From: Deltaproteobacteria bacterium
GTDB taxonomy: Bacteria > Desulfobacterota_D > UBA1144 > Nemesobacterales > CSP1-2
Direction: 5' to 3'
Assembly (NCBI GenBank): GCA_052390235.1
Contig: JBQTHB010000002.1
Span: 448,001-512,000 of the forward strand
DNA length: 64,000 nucleotides
The notes under the pieces are model-generated. The model searched no databases. It was not told the DNA's origin and saw only the letters and a list, made by a program, of their open reading frames with translations. The number at the start of each line of letters is the position of its first letter. Position 1 is the first letter of the stretch. Positions 32,053 through 40,978 of this stretch are shown here, piece by piece. Made by a program: the position numbers and the translations under genes.

Positions 32053-32760
32053 CTAATTGAGATTCGCAAAAATCGCTTCAAGCAGTAGCTCTGCGATGCG
32101 CCTGTGTCCCTCGTCGCTGGGGTGAAATCCGTCCACGAACAGCAGGTCGTCGGTTATGGTCATCGAGAAGAGGTCAACCAGAGGGATGCCAAACTCCCCT
32201 GCAAGCCCCTCGACGATGCCATTAAACGCGGCGATTCTCTCTGGGGTTACGTCGTTGCTTGGGTTTTCAATGAAGCGTGGAAGCTGGGTGAGGTCGGGGA
32301 TGTTCCCGATGACGACTAGAGCCTGGGTTTCATTGACTAGACGGACGATGATTTTTCTCAGCTCCGATTCGTAGTCCTCAGCCTCGACGCCCGCTATGAT
32401 GTCGTTTGAGCCGAGCAGGACTGTGGCGACATCCGGCAGTCTCGATGCGCTGTCGAGGAAAAAATCGAACTCCCCCTCAATGGTGTCTGTCTCAGCGGCT
32501 GGTATGGCGACGATGAAGAGGTCAAAATCTCCGCCAAGTTCGTCGTCTAGGGCGTCGCGGATTAAGAACGCGTATCCGTCCGTCGGGGGGAGCGCTCCAA
32601 CCCCTAGGGCGTCGCTCGCGCCTATGGCGAGATAAAGCGGGTCGTCTGAGGGGAATAGGGCGTCCGAAGCCCCGCCGCAGGATGATGCGCAGATGATGAG
32701 AGCGCACAGAGCTATCGAAGCGAGTATCAGGCGTTTAAATCCGGCTATTAGCGCGTCCAT
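32053..32760 (-). CDS. SGNH/GDSL hydrolase lipoprotein
   Basis: YLAIGASDALG block I, LLGSND block III, DGFHPS block V, ASSC lipobox. Confidence 0.85.
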   Translation of the reverse strand: MDALIAGFKRLILASIALCALIICASSCGGASDALFPSDDPLYLAIGASDALGVGALPPTDGYAFLIRDALDDELGGDFDLFIVAIPAAETDTIEGEFDFFLDSASRLPDVATVLLGSNDIIAGVEAEDYESELRKIIVRLVNETQALVVIGNIPDLTQLPRFIENPSNDVTPERIAAFNGIVEGLAGEFGIPLVDLFSMTITDDLLFVDGFHPSDEGHRRIAELLLEAIFANLN

Positions 32761-32836
32761 GCGGAAATACTAGCACAATCGAGGGGAGAATTCTAAACCG
32801 CTTAGTTGAATCTCGAATATAAAAGGGGCGCGAGAG

Positions 32837-33592
32837 TTAGGAGATATCGAGGTCTGCGGTTAATTTGGCAAGCGCGCCGTAGTCGGTGAGATCTAGTTTT
32901 AGCGGAGTTACGGAGACATATCCCGCCCTTAGGGCTTGAATATCCGAGTTTTCAATTTCAACCGAGGCGACCTCGCTCCCTCCAATCCAGTAGTATTTTC
33001 TGCCGCGCGGGTCTGCTCTCTCCACTGCCGCCTCTCCATAGATTCTCTTGCCGAGCCGAGTAACCCGGATACCTCTAATTCCATTCGTTGGCAGATTCGG
33101 CACATTTGCGTTCAGAAGAGTCCCTTCGGGCAGCGGCGTGGCGAGGACGTACTCGGCGAGTCTCTGGGCGACTTTAGCGGCGGCGTCAAAATTGAAATCC
33201 CGCTTTGCCGATAGCGAAATCGCAATTGATGGAATATTGAGGAGCGTTCCTTCAATCGCCGCGCTAACCGTGCCGGAATATGTAACGTCGTCTCCCATGT
33301 TCTCGCCCTTGTTGATTCCAGAGACTATTAAATCCGGCTTTTTATCCCTCAGTATTCCGTTTACGGCTAGGTTAATGCAGTCAGTGGGAGTGCCGTCAAC
33401 GCTATAGCAGTTCTCGGCGATTTTATTAATCCGAAGCGGGCGGTAAAGGCTCAGGGAATGGCTCACCGCGCTCTGGTCTCTATCCGGCGCGACGATGACA
33501 ACCTCGCCGAGCGTCCTCATTGCCTCGGCAAGGGCGCGAAGTCCGTCCGAGTTGATGCCGTCGTCGTTTGATGCGAGGATTCTTATAGACAT
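32837..33592 (-). CDS. surE: 5'/3'-nucleotidase SurE
   Basis: ILASNDDG, APDRDQSAVSHS, GTPTDC, SGINKGEN, YSGTVSAAIEG. True start is ATG 33592; the longer ORF runs into the tRNA. Confidence 0.97.
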   Translation of the reverse strand: MSIRILASNDDGINSDGLRALAEAMRTLGEVVIVAPDRDQSAVSHSLSLYRPLRINKIAENCYSVDGTPTDCINLAVNGILRDKKPDLIVSGINKGENMGDDVTYSGTVSAAIEGTLLNIPSIAISLSAKRDFNFDAAAKVAQRLAEYVLATPLPEGTLLNANVPNLPTNGIRGIRVTRLGKRIYGEAAVERADPRGRKYYWIGGSEVASVEIENSDIQALRAGYVSVTPLKLDLTDYGALAKLTADLDIS

Positions 33593-33598
33593 AAAAAA

Positions 33599-33674
33599 TG
33601 GTCGGGGTGACCGGATTTGAACCGGTGACCCCTGGCCCCCCATGCCAGTGCGCTACCAGCTGCGCCACACCCCG
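33599..33674 (-). tRNA. tRNA-Pro (GGG)
   Basis: 76-nt cloverleaf folded by hand: CGGGGTG/CACCCCG acceptor stem, CTGGC-ATGGGGG-GCCAG anticodon arm, TTCAAAT T-loop, encoded CCA. Confidence 0.97.
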
Positions 33675-33743
33675 ATTTGTAAGATTCGATTATAACTCTC
33701 TTGGGGGATAAGGAAATAATTAGATTTGCGGTCTGTACAGATA

Positions 33744-34094
33744 TTACTCGACTTTCCTGCCGATAGGAATAGATTTTAACTCATTTAATATTTCGCGCAA
33801 TAGCTCGGACACTTTTGTCGTAATTTTCCTCTGTTTTCCCTCTTCTCTGAGCTTTTTCTTCGCCCCTGCAATGGTGAAACTCTGCTCATAGAGCATCCGT
33901 TTTATGCGCATTATAGTGGTGATGGCGTCGCGGTCGTAGAGCCTTTGGGACTTTCTTCTGATGGGCTTTATTTCGGGGAACTCAGTTTCCCAGTACCGGA
34001 TGACGTAGGGCTTGATGCCGGTGTGGTCGCTTACCTCGCCGATTCTGAAATATATTTTATCGGGGAGTTTAATCTCAGCATCATCTCCAAACAT
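33744..34094 (-). CDS. MerR-family HTH regulator
   Basis: LPDKIYFRIGEVS...PYVIRYWETEFP...LYEQSFTIAGAKKKL. Family commonly found before tRNA-Pro/surE. Confidence 0.9.
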   Translation of the reverse strand: MFGDDAEIKLPDKIYFRIGEVSDHTGIKPYVIRYWETEFPEIKPIRRKSQRLYDRDAITTIMRIKRMLYEQSFTIAGAKKKLREEGKQRKITTKVSELLREILNELKSIPIGRKVE

Positions 34095-34101
34095 AGACTA
34101 C

Positions 34102-34130
34102 AAGCTAGATTAAATCGAAAAAAATGTCAA
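34102..34130 (-). promoter_or_regulatory. sigma70 promoter of the merR-like gene (leaderless-like)
   Basis: TTGACA-N17-TAGCTT, then 7 nt to ATG. Confidence 0.6.
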
Positions 34131-34242
34131 GACGGAAAATATTAGCAGGAGGGCTGAGCTTGACTTCAGGCAATGGAGGAGAGGGATGGGGTAAATAGTG
34201 GGTGTAACCTCGCCTCCACTGCGCTGAATTATAGGAGGATTT

Positions 34243-34335
34243 TTAGCTATTTGCTTCGGCGGCGTCTGCGCCTTGACTGCCACTTAGGTAGTAATCGTTG
34301 AGCCTCGTATCAATATCGTCTCGCTCTTCGCTCAT
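34243..34335 (-). CDS. Candidate 30-aa small protein (or part of an sRNA) downstream of a sigma54 promoter
   Basis: ATG...TAA encoding MSEERDDIDTRLNDYYLSGSQGADAAEANS. No clear SD. Confidence 0.3.
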   Translation of the reverse strand: MSEERDDIDTRLNDYYLSGSQGADAAEANS

Positions 34336-34392
34336 CTGCGTGTCTACTTGAGGGGTTTCTGCGTATCGGAAAGCCCGTCAATAATAATAGGG

Positions 34393-34407
34393 GCAAGATG
34401 CGTGCCA
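34393..34407 (-). promoter_or_regulatory. Consensus sigma54 promoter with no annotated gene directly downstream
   Basis: Minus strand TGGCACGCATCTTGC = TGGCACG-N4-TTGC. Confidence 0.75.
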
Positions 34408-34543
34408 TAACTAATTGCGTGTGTTTTCAGTGAGTTGCGAATTCCGCCGCCGCATATATCTGCCAAATTTGGTAACATAGCCCGACAGGTTTAGGTAAAG
34501 TCGCCCGGTTTCCTTATTTATGGCGCGCTGGAGCGATGCCCCC

Positions 34544-35140
34544 TTAAAGCACGCCTCTGAAGGTTTTTCTGTGTATCGGACAAGCGCCAAATTTCCTCAG
34601 CGCTTCGTAGTGCGCTTTTGTAGGATAGCCCTTGTGTTCGGCGAAATTGTATTGGGGATAGATTTTATGATAATCGTCCATGATTGCATCCCTCGTAACT
34701 TTGGCTATGATGGACGCGGCCGCGATGGAATTGCAAATGCCATCGCCCCTGATTATCGCCTCCTGGGGCATATCGAGAGACGTGCGGGTGTTTCCATCAA
34801 TTAAGAGAAAATCGGGAGCCACGCCCAATTTCCCAACCGCCATCTCCATTGCTAAAATTGCCGCGCGAAGGATATTGATTCTGTCTATTTCGCCGGGTTC
34901 TACGATACCGATGCCAAAAGAGACGGCCTGCTCCCGGATTTGCCCGAAGAGTTCGTCTCTGCGTCTGGGGGAGAGCTTTTTTGAATCGTCTAAGCCCCGG
35001 ATTGATGCCTCTTTCGGGAGTATCACCGCCGCCGCCACAACCGGTCCAGCAATAGGGCCCCGGCCTGCCTCGTCCACTCCGGCGGCGATTTGCCCTCTCT
35101 CCCAAACTTTCCTCTCGTATCCGTAGTCAGGCGGCGTCAT
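34544..35140 (-). CDS. rnhB: Ribonuclease HII
   Basis: AGVDEAGRGPIAGPV, DSKKL, LIDGN, SIAAASIIAKVTRD, HKGYPT. Confidence 0.97.
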   Translation of the reverse strand: MTPPDYGYERKVWERGQIAAGVDEAGRGPIAGPVVAAAVILPKEASIRGLDDSKKLSPRRRDELFGQIREQAVSFGIGIVEPGEIDRINILRAAILAMEMAVGKLGVAPDFLLIDGNTRTSLDMPQEAIIRGDGICNSIAAASIIAKVTRDAIMDDYHKIYPQYNFAEHKGYPTKAHYEALRKFGACPIHRKTFRGVL

Positions 35141-35165
35141 TTTATCGGTTAGCTAATTGGGGGGG

Positions 35166-36041
35166 CTAGATGAGACCGTACTCTCTCAGAGCGGATTTCA
35201 GTTTTGAGAAGTTCTCATCCGACATTTCGCAAAGGGGCAGTCTCATCTCGTCCGCTGATTTTCCCATTAGACCTAGGGCAACTTTCACGGGTATCGGGTT
35301 CGTCTCAATGAATAAAATCTCGTTTAGCGGCAGGAGCTTATAGTGCAGGTCTAGGGATTTACCGATGTCTCCTGCGATGTAGAAGTCGTACATCTGGGCA
35401 ACCTCCCTCGGGGCGATATTTGCCGTTACAGTGATAAATCCCCGCCCGCCAACGGCGAGTATCGGGAAATTGACAGCGTCGTCCCCCGATAGGAGAATAA
35501 AATCCCTCCCGCACAGCTGGAGGATTCTGCTTGTCGTCTGAAGCGACCCGGAGGCTTCTTTGACGCCCACAACGTTTGTGCAATCCGCGGCGAGCCTCGC
35601 AATGGTTTCCGGGGTCATGTTCACGACGCTCCGTCCGGGGATGTTATAGAGAATCACAGGCAAGTTAGTCTCCGATGCAATTGTTTTAAAGTGCCGGTAC
35701 AGCCCCTCTTGAGTGGGTTTGTTGTAATAGGGAACAACTGACAGCGCGGCGTCGGCTCCGGCTTTTTCCGCGAATTTAGTGAGCCGAATTGCCTCGGCGG
35801 TGCTATTCGACCCTGTGCCGGCGATGACGGAAATCCTCTTTCGCACAGCCCTTACGGTGAGCGCGATGACATGTTCATGCTCCTCGTGGGATAGGGTGGG
35901 GGACTCGCCCGTTGTGCCGCAGGGGACGATGCCGTGCGTGCCGTTTTCAATCTGGAATTCGATTAATCTTACTAGCGCTTCTTCGTCAATTTTGCCGTTC
36001 TTAAAAGGGGTAATTATGGCGACTATAGAGCCGTGAATCAT
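35166..36041 (-). CDS. dapA: 4-hydroxy-tetrahydrodipicolinate synthase
   Basis: GTTGESPTL, PYYNKPTQEG, YNIPGRS, GVKEAS, ETNPIPVK. Confidence 0.97.
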   Translation of the reverse strand: MIHGSIVAIITPFKNGKIDEEALVRLIEFQIENGTHGIVPCGTTGESPTLSHEEHEHVIALTVRAVRKRISVIAGTGSNSTAEAIRLTKFAEKAGADAALSVVPYYNKPTQEGLYRHFKTIASETNLPVILYNIPGRSVVNMTPETIARLAADCTNVVGVKEASGSLQTTSRILQLCGRDFILLSGDDAVNFPILAVGGRGFITVTANIAPREVAQMYDFYIAGDIGKSLDLHYKLLPLNEILFIETNPIPVKVALGLMGKSADEMRLPLCEMSDENFSKLKSALREYGLI

Positions 36042-36295
36042 AAACCGGGCGCCTCCGAGCTGGAATTTGGTTCACTTCATTATATTTGAGACTCGGTGTA
36101 AATCAAGACGAAACCAGGCGATTCGCAGGGGGGAGGGATTTGCGATTGGCGCTGCGTTTTGCAATTGAGTAGATTATTGCTCTGACCGCAAATTCTCTCA
36201 GATATTCACAACCGGGCGCAAGGTTTTTACTTGCAAGTTCTTAGCTCAAAAACTAAAAACTCGAAACTCAAAACCCCTTCGCATATCGAATCCCC

Positions 36296-36832
36296 TCAGG
36301 ATAGCTTCTGTCCGCATTCGGGGCAAAAATTGCTTTTTCTGGGGATTTTCGCCCCGCATTTAAAGCAGAGCGCGGAGTCTAGGATTTGAAATCTCTCCGC
36401 CGCTTTTCGGGATTTTTCAACCGCATCGGCGAGAATTTTATCCAGTCCCGCCGCGAATCCCTTAGATTCTTTCGAGAACTCAACGCTGTCCTCAGTTGTC
36501 GCTGTCCAAATCGTAACTTTCGGCTCAGCGTCGGCAATGTCAACGTCCCATCGGGTAATGATGTCGTGGGGAATATCGCGCAGTTTCTTGAGCGAGGAGG
36601 CGTTTTTAGCGACGATTACCCTCGCGCTCGTGAGTATGAACCAGGAGTTAAACCAGGTGTTGCTGTCAACCCAGCGGGGGGCTTTGTGCATGGCGCGAAA
36701 ATCCCTGAGAATAAATAAAACCTCTTCGCCTGCGGCGAGCGAGGCGTAAAGCCCGGATTTCAGCCCGGCGGGAAGCTCGGCTAGGGTTTGGCGTTTCATC
36801 GAGGCGATGTAATTTTTGATTGCGCTAAACAT
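36296..36832 (-). CDS. Hypothetical protein with PH-like region and C-terminal zinc ribbon
   Basis: C-terminal CFKCG...FCPECGQKL. ILTSARVIV resembles bacterial PH domains. Overlaps the asd stop. Confidence 0.65.
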   Translation of the reverse strand: MFSAIKNYIASMKRQTLAELPAGLKSGLYASLAAGEEVLFILRDFRAMHKAPRWVDSNTWFNSWFILTSARVIVAKNASSLKKLRDIPHDIITRWDVDIADAEPKVTIWTATTEDSVEFSKESKGFAAGLDKILADAVEKSRKAAERFQILDSALCFKCGAKIPRKSNFCPECGQKLS

Positions 36833-37847
36833 AGTCTCTTATGAGAATCTCCGCTATTTGCACGGCGTTAAGAGCCGCTCCTTTTCTGAGCTGGTCTCCG
36901 GCGACCCAGAGGCTCAGCCCCGCCGCAACCGTGTAGTCCTCTCTTATTCTCCCCACTAGGCAGTCGTCAATCCCCGCCGCATCCATGGGCATAGGGTATT
37001 TTAGCTTACCCGGCTCGTCAACCACGCGCGCCCCCGGAAATTTTGATATTGCCGCCCGCGCCTCCTCGGCTGTGATTTTTCGCTCCGTCTCGACATTCAC
37101 CGCGACAGAGTGCGCTCTGAACACGGGCACTCTCACGGTCGTTGCTGAAACCTGAATCGAGTCGTTTTCCATGATTTTTCTCGTCTCGAAGTGGAGCTTC
37201 ATCTCCTCTTTGGTGTAGCCGTTTTCAAGGAAGGAGTCAATGTGAGGGATTAGGTTAAACGCTATCCTATGAGCGAGAGCATGGTGCTTCATCTCATCGC
37301 CCTTTGCCCAGGCGAGGGTCTGGGCGCGGAGCTCTTCCAGGGCCTGGGCGCCTGCGCCGGATACGGCTTGGTAGCTTGCGGCAACGACCCTTTTTATACC
37401 CGCGAGGTCGTGAATGGGTTTTAGAGCCATGAGGGTTACGGCTGTCGTGCAGTTCGGGTTTGCAATTACCCCGCGTTTTTTATATTGGGCGATTCTAGGG
37501 GCGTTGATTTCGGGTATCACAAGCGGGACGTCTTCATCCATACGAAAGGCGGAGCTATTATCTATAACGACCGCTCCGGCTTCGACGGCTTCGGGGGCGA
37601 ACTGCCGGCTTCGGGAGGCTCCCGCCGAGAAAAGCGCTATATCCACGCCGCTGAAGGCTCTTTTCTCTAACCTCTGAACCCTTAGCCTCTCTCCGCCAAA
37701 TTCCATCTCCCTGCCCTCTGACCTCTCAGATGCTATAAGCCTAAGCTCCCGGACGGGGAAATTTTTCTCCCTGAGTATATCCATAATCTCAATGCCGACC
37801 GCCCCCGTTGCTCCCACGACGGCGACGCTATAGCCGCTCTTCTTCAT
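36825..37847 (-). CDS. asd: Aspartate-semialdehyde dehydrogenase
   Basis: VGATGAVG, IDNSSAFRM, ANPNCTT, YQAVSGAG, DQLRKGAALNAVQIAE. Confidence 0.97.
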   Translation of the reverse strand: MKKSGYSVAVVGATGAVGIEIMDILREKNFPVRELRLIASERSEGREMEFGGERLRVQRLEKRAFSGVDIALFSAGASRSRQFAPEAVEAGAVVIDNSSAFRMDEDVPLVIPEINAPRIAQYKKRGVIANPNCTTAVTLMALKPIHDLAGIKRVVAASYQAVSGAGAQALEELRAQTLAWAKGDEMKHHALAHRIAFNLIPHIDSFLENGYTKEEMKLHFETRKIMENDSIQVSATTVRVPVFRAHSVAVNVETERKITAEEARAAISKFPGARVVDEPGKLKYPMPMDAAGIDDCLVGRIREDYTVAAGLSLWVAGDQLRKGAALNAVQIAEILIRDYV

Positions 37848-37904
37848 AAAAATCGCTCCTAATAGTTAATTTATTATCTCATTTGTAAGATGCGCGTCCG
37901 AATT

Positions 37905-38348
37905 TCAGCGCCCGTACTTCTCTTCAATTTTGCCTATCATCTCGATATTTGCCCTCTCGCCCTCGTCCGGCGGGGTGGCAAGCCATCCCTCAATTATCTC
38001 GCCCGCTACAGATGGAGATATTAGCCTAAGGCTCATGGCGAGGACGTTTGCGTCGTTCCATTTCCTCGCTCCCTCGGCGGTTGCCCTGTCCGTGCAGAGG
38101 GCGGCTCTTATCCCCGGCACTTTATTCGCCGCAATGCTAACGCCCGTTCCCGTGCCGCAGAAAAGCACTCCCTGAGCGCACCTGCCGCCGGCGACGCTCT
38201 CGGCCACTTTCATCCCCACCTCAGTCCACTGTATCGGGTCATCCGACAGGGGACCGTAAAGCTCAAGCTCGAATCCCTTCTGCCTCAGCCTCTCGACGAC
38301 GAAATCCGTCAAGTGCGTGCGCTCATCGCTTCCAATGGCAATTTTCAT
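37905..38348 (-). CDS. rpiB: RpiB/LacA/LacB family sugar-phosphate isomerase
   Basis: MKIAIGSD, FCGTGTGVSIAANKVPGIRAALC, NDANVL. Confidence 0.85.
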   Translation of the reverse strand: MKIAIGSDERTHLTDFVVERLRQKGFELELYGPLSDDPIQWTEVGMKVAESVAGGRCAQGVLFCGTGTGVSIAANKVPGIRAALCTDRATAEGARKWNDANVLAMSLRLISPSVAGEIIEGWLATPPDEGERANIEMIGKIEEKYGR

Positions 38349-38371
38349 GGCTGCCGCTCCTTAGCTTGGAA

Positions 38372-38754
38372 TTATTTAGATAGATTAACGAAGTATTTGC
38401 ACAGGGCAAATCCAACAAAGACGAGCGCAATCCCGGCTAAGTTGCTCGAAGCGATATATGCCGCGGCTAATTTGGCGTCGCCCCCCTCATGAGGCTTGCC
38501 GCCTCTAGCCCGAAGGTTGAAAACGTGGTAAATCCGCCGAGAAATCCCGTGAAGATGAAAACCCTCGCGCCGGGGGCAATCGCCTTAGACTCGAATAGCT
38601 CCCATAGAATCCCGATGAGCAGGCATCCGGCCAAATTCACCGCCAGAGTTCCCCAAGGGAATGCGCCCTCTAGGGATTTCCCCACGAAGCCCGACACAAA
38701 ATATCGAGCCAAAGTTCCCGCCGCGCCGCCCAGCATTATAAATACATAAGACAA
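38372..38754 (-). pseudogene. crcB: Fluoride channel CrcB/Fluc, frameshifted in a G6 tract
   Basis: GGAAGTLARY, FPWGTLAVN, GFLGGFTTFSTF. One extra G at 38481-38486 restores the last TM helix (LAAAYIASSNLAGIALVFVG...) and a 127-aa protein. Confidence 0.85.
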
Positions 38755-38923
38755 CTCGCTCTCCCACGCCGCCCAAAATTATATTATTAAACCTGAAAAT
38801 TGAAATTTTGCACCGAGAGTATTTTAATAATACGTATCCACGAGTCGCCGCAAATTGACCGTCTGCGGTTTTCTCTATAGAATCCATAGCGCACCGGAGC
38901 AATTTCACACACGGAGACCCCTC

Positions 38924-39703
38924 TTGGCATACTTAGATGTGGCGGAGCGAGCGGCGCGGGAAGCCGGGAAAATCCTCAGAGACAATCTGGGAAAAGTAAA
39001 ACATATTGGCTACAAGGCAAAAAACAGCCTCGTTACCGAGGTTGACAGGCTCGCTGAGGGCGTCGTGATTGACATTATAAAATCCAATTTCCCCGCGCAC
39101 GCCATATTCGCCGAGGAGTCCGGCAGAAGCGCCAAGCCCTCGGATTACCTCTGGCTCATAGACCCGCTCGATGGCACGACCAATTACGCGCACGGCTACC
39201 CTCATTTCTGCGTCTCCATTGCGCTCGAGGCGGAGGGGCGGATAATCCTCGGCGCGGTCTATAACCCCATGAGAGATGAATTCTTCTCCGCCGAGCTTGG
39301 CGGCGGCGCTTATTTAAATCATAGCCCGATACAGGTCTCGGCGACGCGAACCATTGAAGAGTCCATGCTCTGCACCGGATTCGTGCATGAGAACGACTGG
39401 ATGGTAGAGGAAAACCTCGCGCATTTCGCCGATTTCATCCGCATCGCTCAAGCAGTGAGGCGGGACGGCTCGGCGGCGCTTGATTTATGCTACGTTGCCT
39501 GCGGCAGATACGACGGTTTTTGGGAGCTTGGACTCAGCCCATGGGACACTGCGGCGGGTTCGCTGATTCTCACAGAGGCGGGCGGCGCGGTCTCGGATTT
39601 CACCGGCGGCGGCTACAGAGTGTACGACCCAAAAATCCTCGCCTCCAATGGGAGGCTACACGGGCGGATGATTGAGATTCTCGCGGGCATAGCCGAGGCA
39701 TAG
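38924..39703 (+). CDS. suhB: Inositol monophosphatase family protein (SuhB-like)
   Basis: LVTEVD, AEES, WLIDPLDGTTNY, GSAALDLCYVACG, WDTAAG. Start TTG 38924 after GGAG. Confidence 0.9.
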   Translation: MAYLDVAERAAREAGKILRDNLGKVKHIGYKAKNSLVTEVDRLAEGVVIDIIKSNFPAHAIFAEESGRSAKPSDYLWLIDPLDGTTNYAHGYPHFCVSIALEAEGRIILGAVYNPMRDEFFSAELGGGAYLNHSPIQVSATRTIEESMLCTGFVHENDWMVEENLAHFADFIRIAQAVRRDGSAALDLCYVACGRYDGFWELGLSPWDTAAGSLILTEAGGAVSDFTGGGYRVYDPKILASNGRLHGRMIEILAGIAEA

Positions 39704-39774
39704 GGATTCATAATTAATAGTTAAACCTATTTAGCGTTTCGCTGCGTTACTTATTGTTGGCAACTCAATTTCAC

Positions 39775-39823
39775 TTGACTTTAACTTCCCTGTTATTGTA
39801 AAATCCACTATAGATTATCTATA
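39775..39823 (+). promoter_or_regulatory. sigma70 promoter plus palindrome upstream of repeat lipoprotein 1
   Basis: TTGACT-N18-TAAAAT. TATAGAT-T-ATCTATA dyad at 39809-39823, just before AAGGAGG. Confidence 0.55.
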
Positions 39824-39838
39824 AAGGAGGCGGATTTA

Positions 39839-40897
39839 ATGAAGCCGAAATTAATTCTAGGAGTGGTTTTAGCCTTAGTAATTTCAATAGCTTTCCTCCA
39901 GTGCGGAGGAGAGGGCGGAAATAACCCCGATAACTGTTTCGATGGCGTTGACAATGACGGCGACGGGCTTGTGGACTGCGCCGATTCTGACTGCGATGAA
40001 TTCTGTCTCGAAGGACCTGAGGGCCCATGCTTCGATGGAATTGACAACGACGGCGATGGGTTAGTTGACTGCGCCGACCCGGACTGCGCCCCTTCTCCCA
40101 ACTGCGGAGGGATGGAGAACTGTATTGATGGCGTTGACAACGACGGCGACGGGCTAATTGATTGCCAGGATCCGAACTGCGCCAATAACCGCTTCTGCAC
40201 AGGAGGGGAAAATAGCGAAGAGGAATGCTCAAACGGTGTTGACGACGACCGGGACGGGCTAACCGACTGCGACGACCCTGAGTGCAGACTCACCGAAGCC
40301 TGCAGGGAAGGCGGCGAGGGCCCCTGTGATGATGGAATGGATAACGACGGCGACGGGCTTGTGGACTGCAATGACCCCGACTGCAATGGCTCTTCCTCAT
40401 GCCCCGGCGAGAATTGCATAAACAACGTTGACGATGACGGCGACGGACTCGTTGACTGCGACGACCCGAACTGCGCAACCTCGCTATTCTGCGAGGAAGG
40501 CGGCGAGGGCCCATGCTTCGATGGCGTTGACAACGACGGCGACGGGCTTGTGGACTGCGCCGACCCCGATTGTACGGATTCGCCCTTCTGTACGGGAGGC
40601 GAGATGTGCGCTAACGGGACTGACGACGACAATGACGGCTTGGTTGACTGCGCTGACCCAGACTGCAGAACCAATGCCGCCTGCGGAGGGGCTGAAATCT
40701 GCGGAAACATGATTGACGACGATGGCGACGGGCTAACGGATGCCGCTGACCCGGACTGCAGAGAAGGCGGGGCTGGCCCGTGTAGAGACGGCGTTGATAA
40801 CGACGGCGACGGGCTACCTGACTTACTCGACCCCAATTGCTGTCTGCCTGCGAATTTCCCTGTCGGGGCGTGTGTTAACCTAGGCGGGATATTGTAA
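39839..40897 (+). CDS. Cys/Asp-rich repeat lipoprotein 1 (10 CxDGxDNDGDGLxDCxDPDC repeats)
   Basis: Signal peptide ending FLQC-GG, repeats counted by hand, strong SD. Confidence 0.85.
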   Translation: MKPKLILGVVLALVISIAFLQCGGEGGNNPDNCFDGVDNDGDGLVDCADSDCDEFCLEGPEGPCFDGIDNDGDGLVDCADPDCAPSPNCGGMENCIDGVDNDGDGLIDCQDPNCANNRFCTGGENSEEECSNGVDDDRDGLTDCDDPECRLTEACREGGEGPCDDGMDNDGDGLVDCNDPDCNGSSSCPGENCINNVDDDGDGLVDCDDPNCATSLFCEEGGEGPCFDGVDNDGDGLVDCADPDCTDSPFCTGGEMCANGTDDDNDGLVDCADPDCRTNAACGGAEICGNMIDDDGDGLTDAADPDCREGGAGPCRDGVDNDGDGLPDLLDPNCCLPANFPVGACVNLGGIL

Positions 40898-40910
40898 TTT
40901 GCATATAAAA

Positions 40911-40945
40911 CCCCTCTTCCTCACCGGCGGAGGGGATTTTTTTAT
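40911..40945 (+). terminator. Probable intrinsic terminator
   Basis: CCCCTC...GAGGGG stem followed by ATTTTTTT. Confidence 0.55.
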
Positions 40946-40978
40946 AGACGATACAAAAATTTTAAGGAGGTTTGGTTG

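Noticed and set aside
33599..33674. tRNA as an integration site for an island
   Set aside because: No duplicated tRNA 3' end or adjacent integrase seen, and the flanks are core genes.
38755..38920. Possible fluoride riboswitch upstream of crcB
   Set aside because: Hairpins and AACCGC are present, but the GATGG...TGATG/TAATG-AC pseudoknot consensus could not be matched. An Infernal search with the Rfam fluoride model would settle it.
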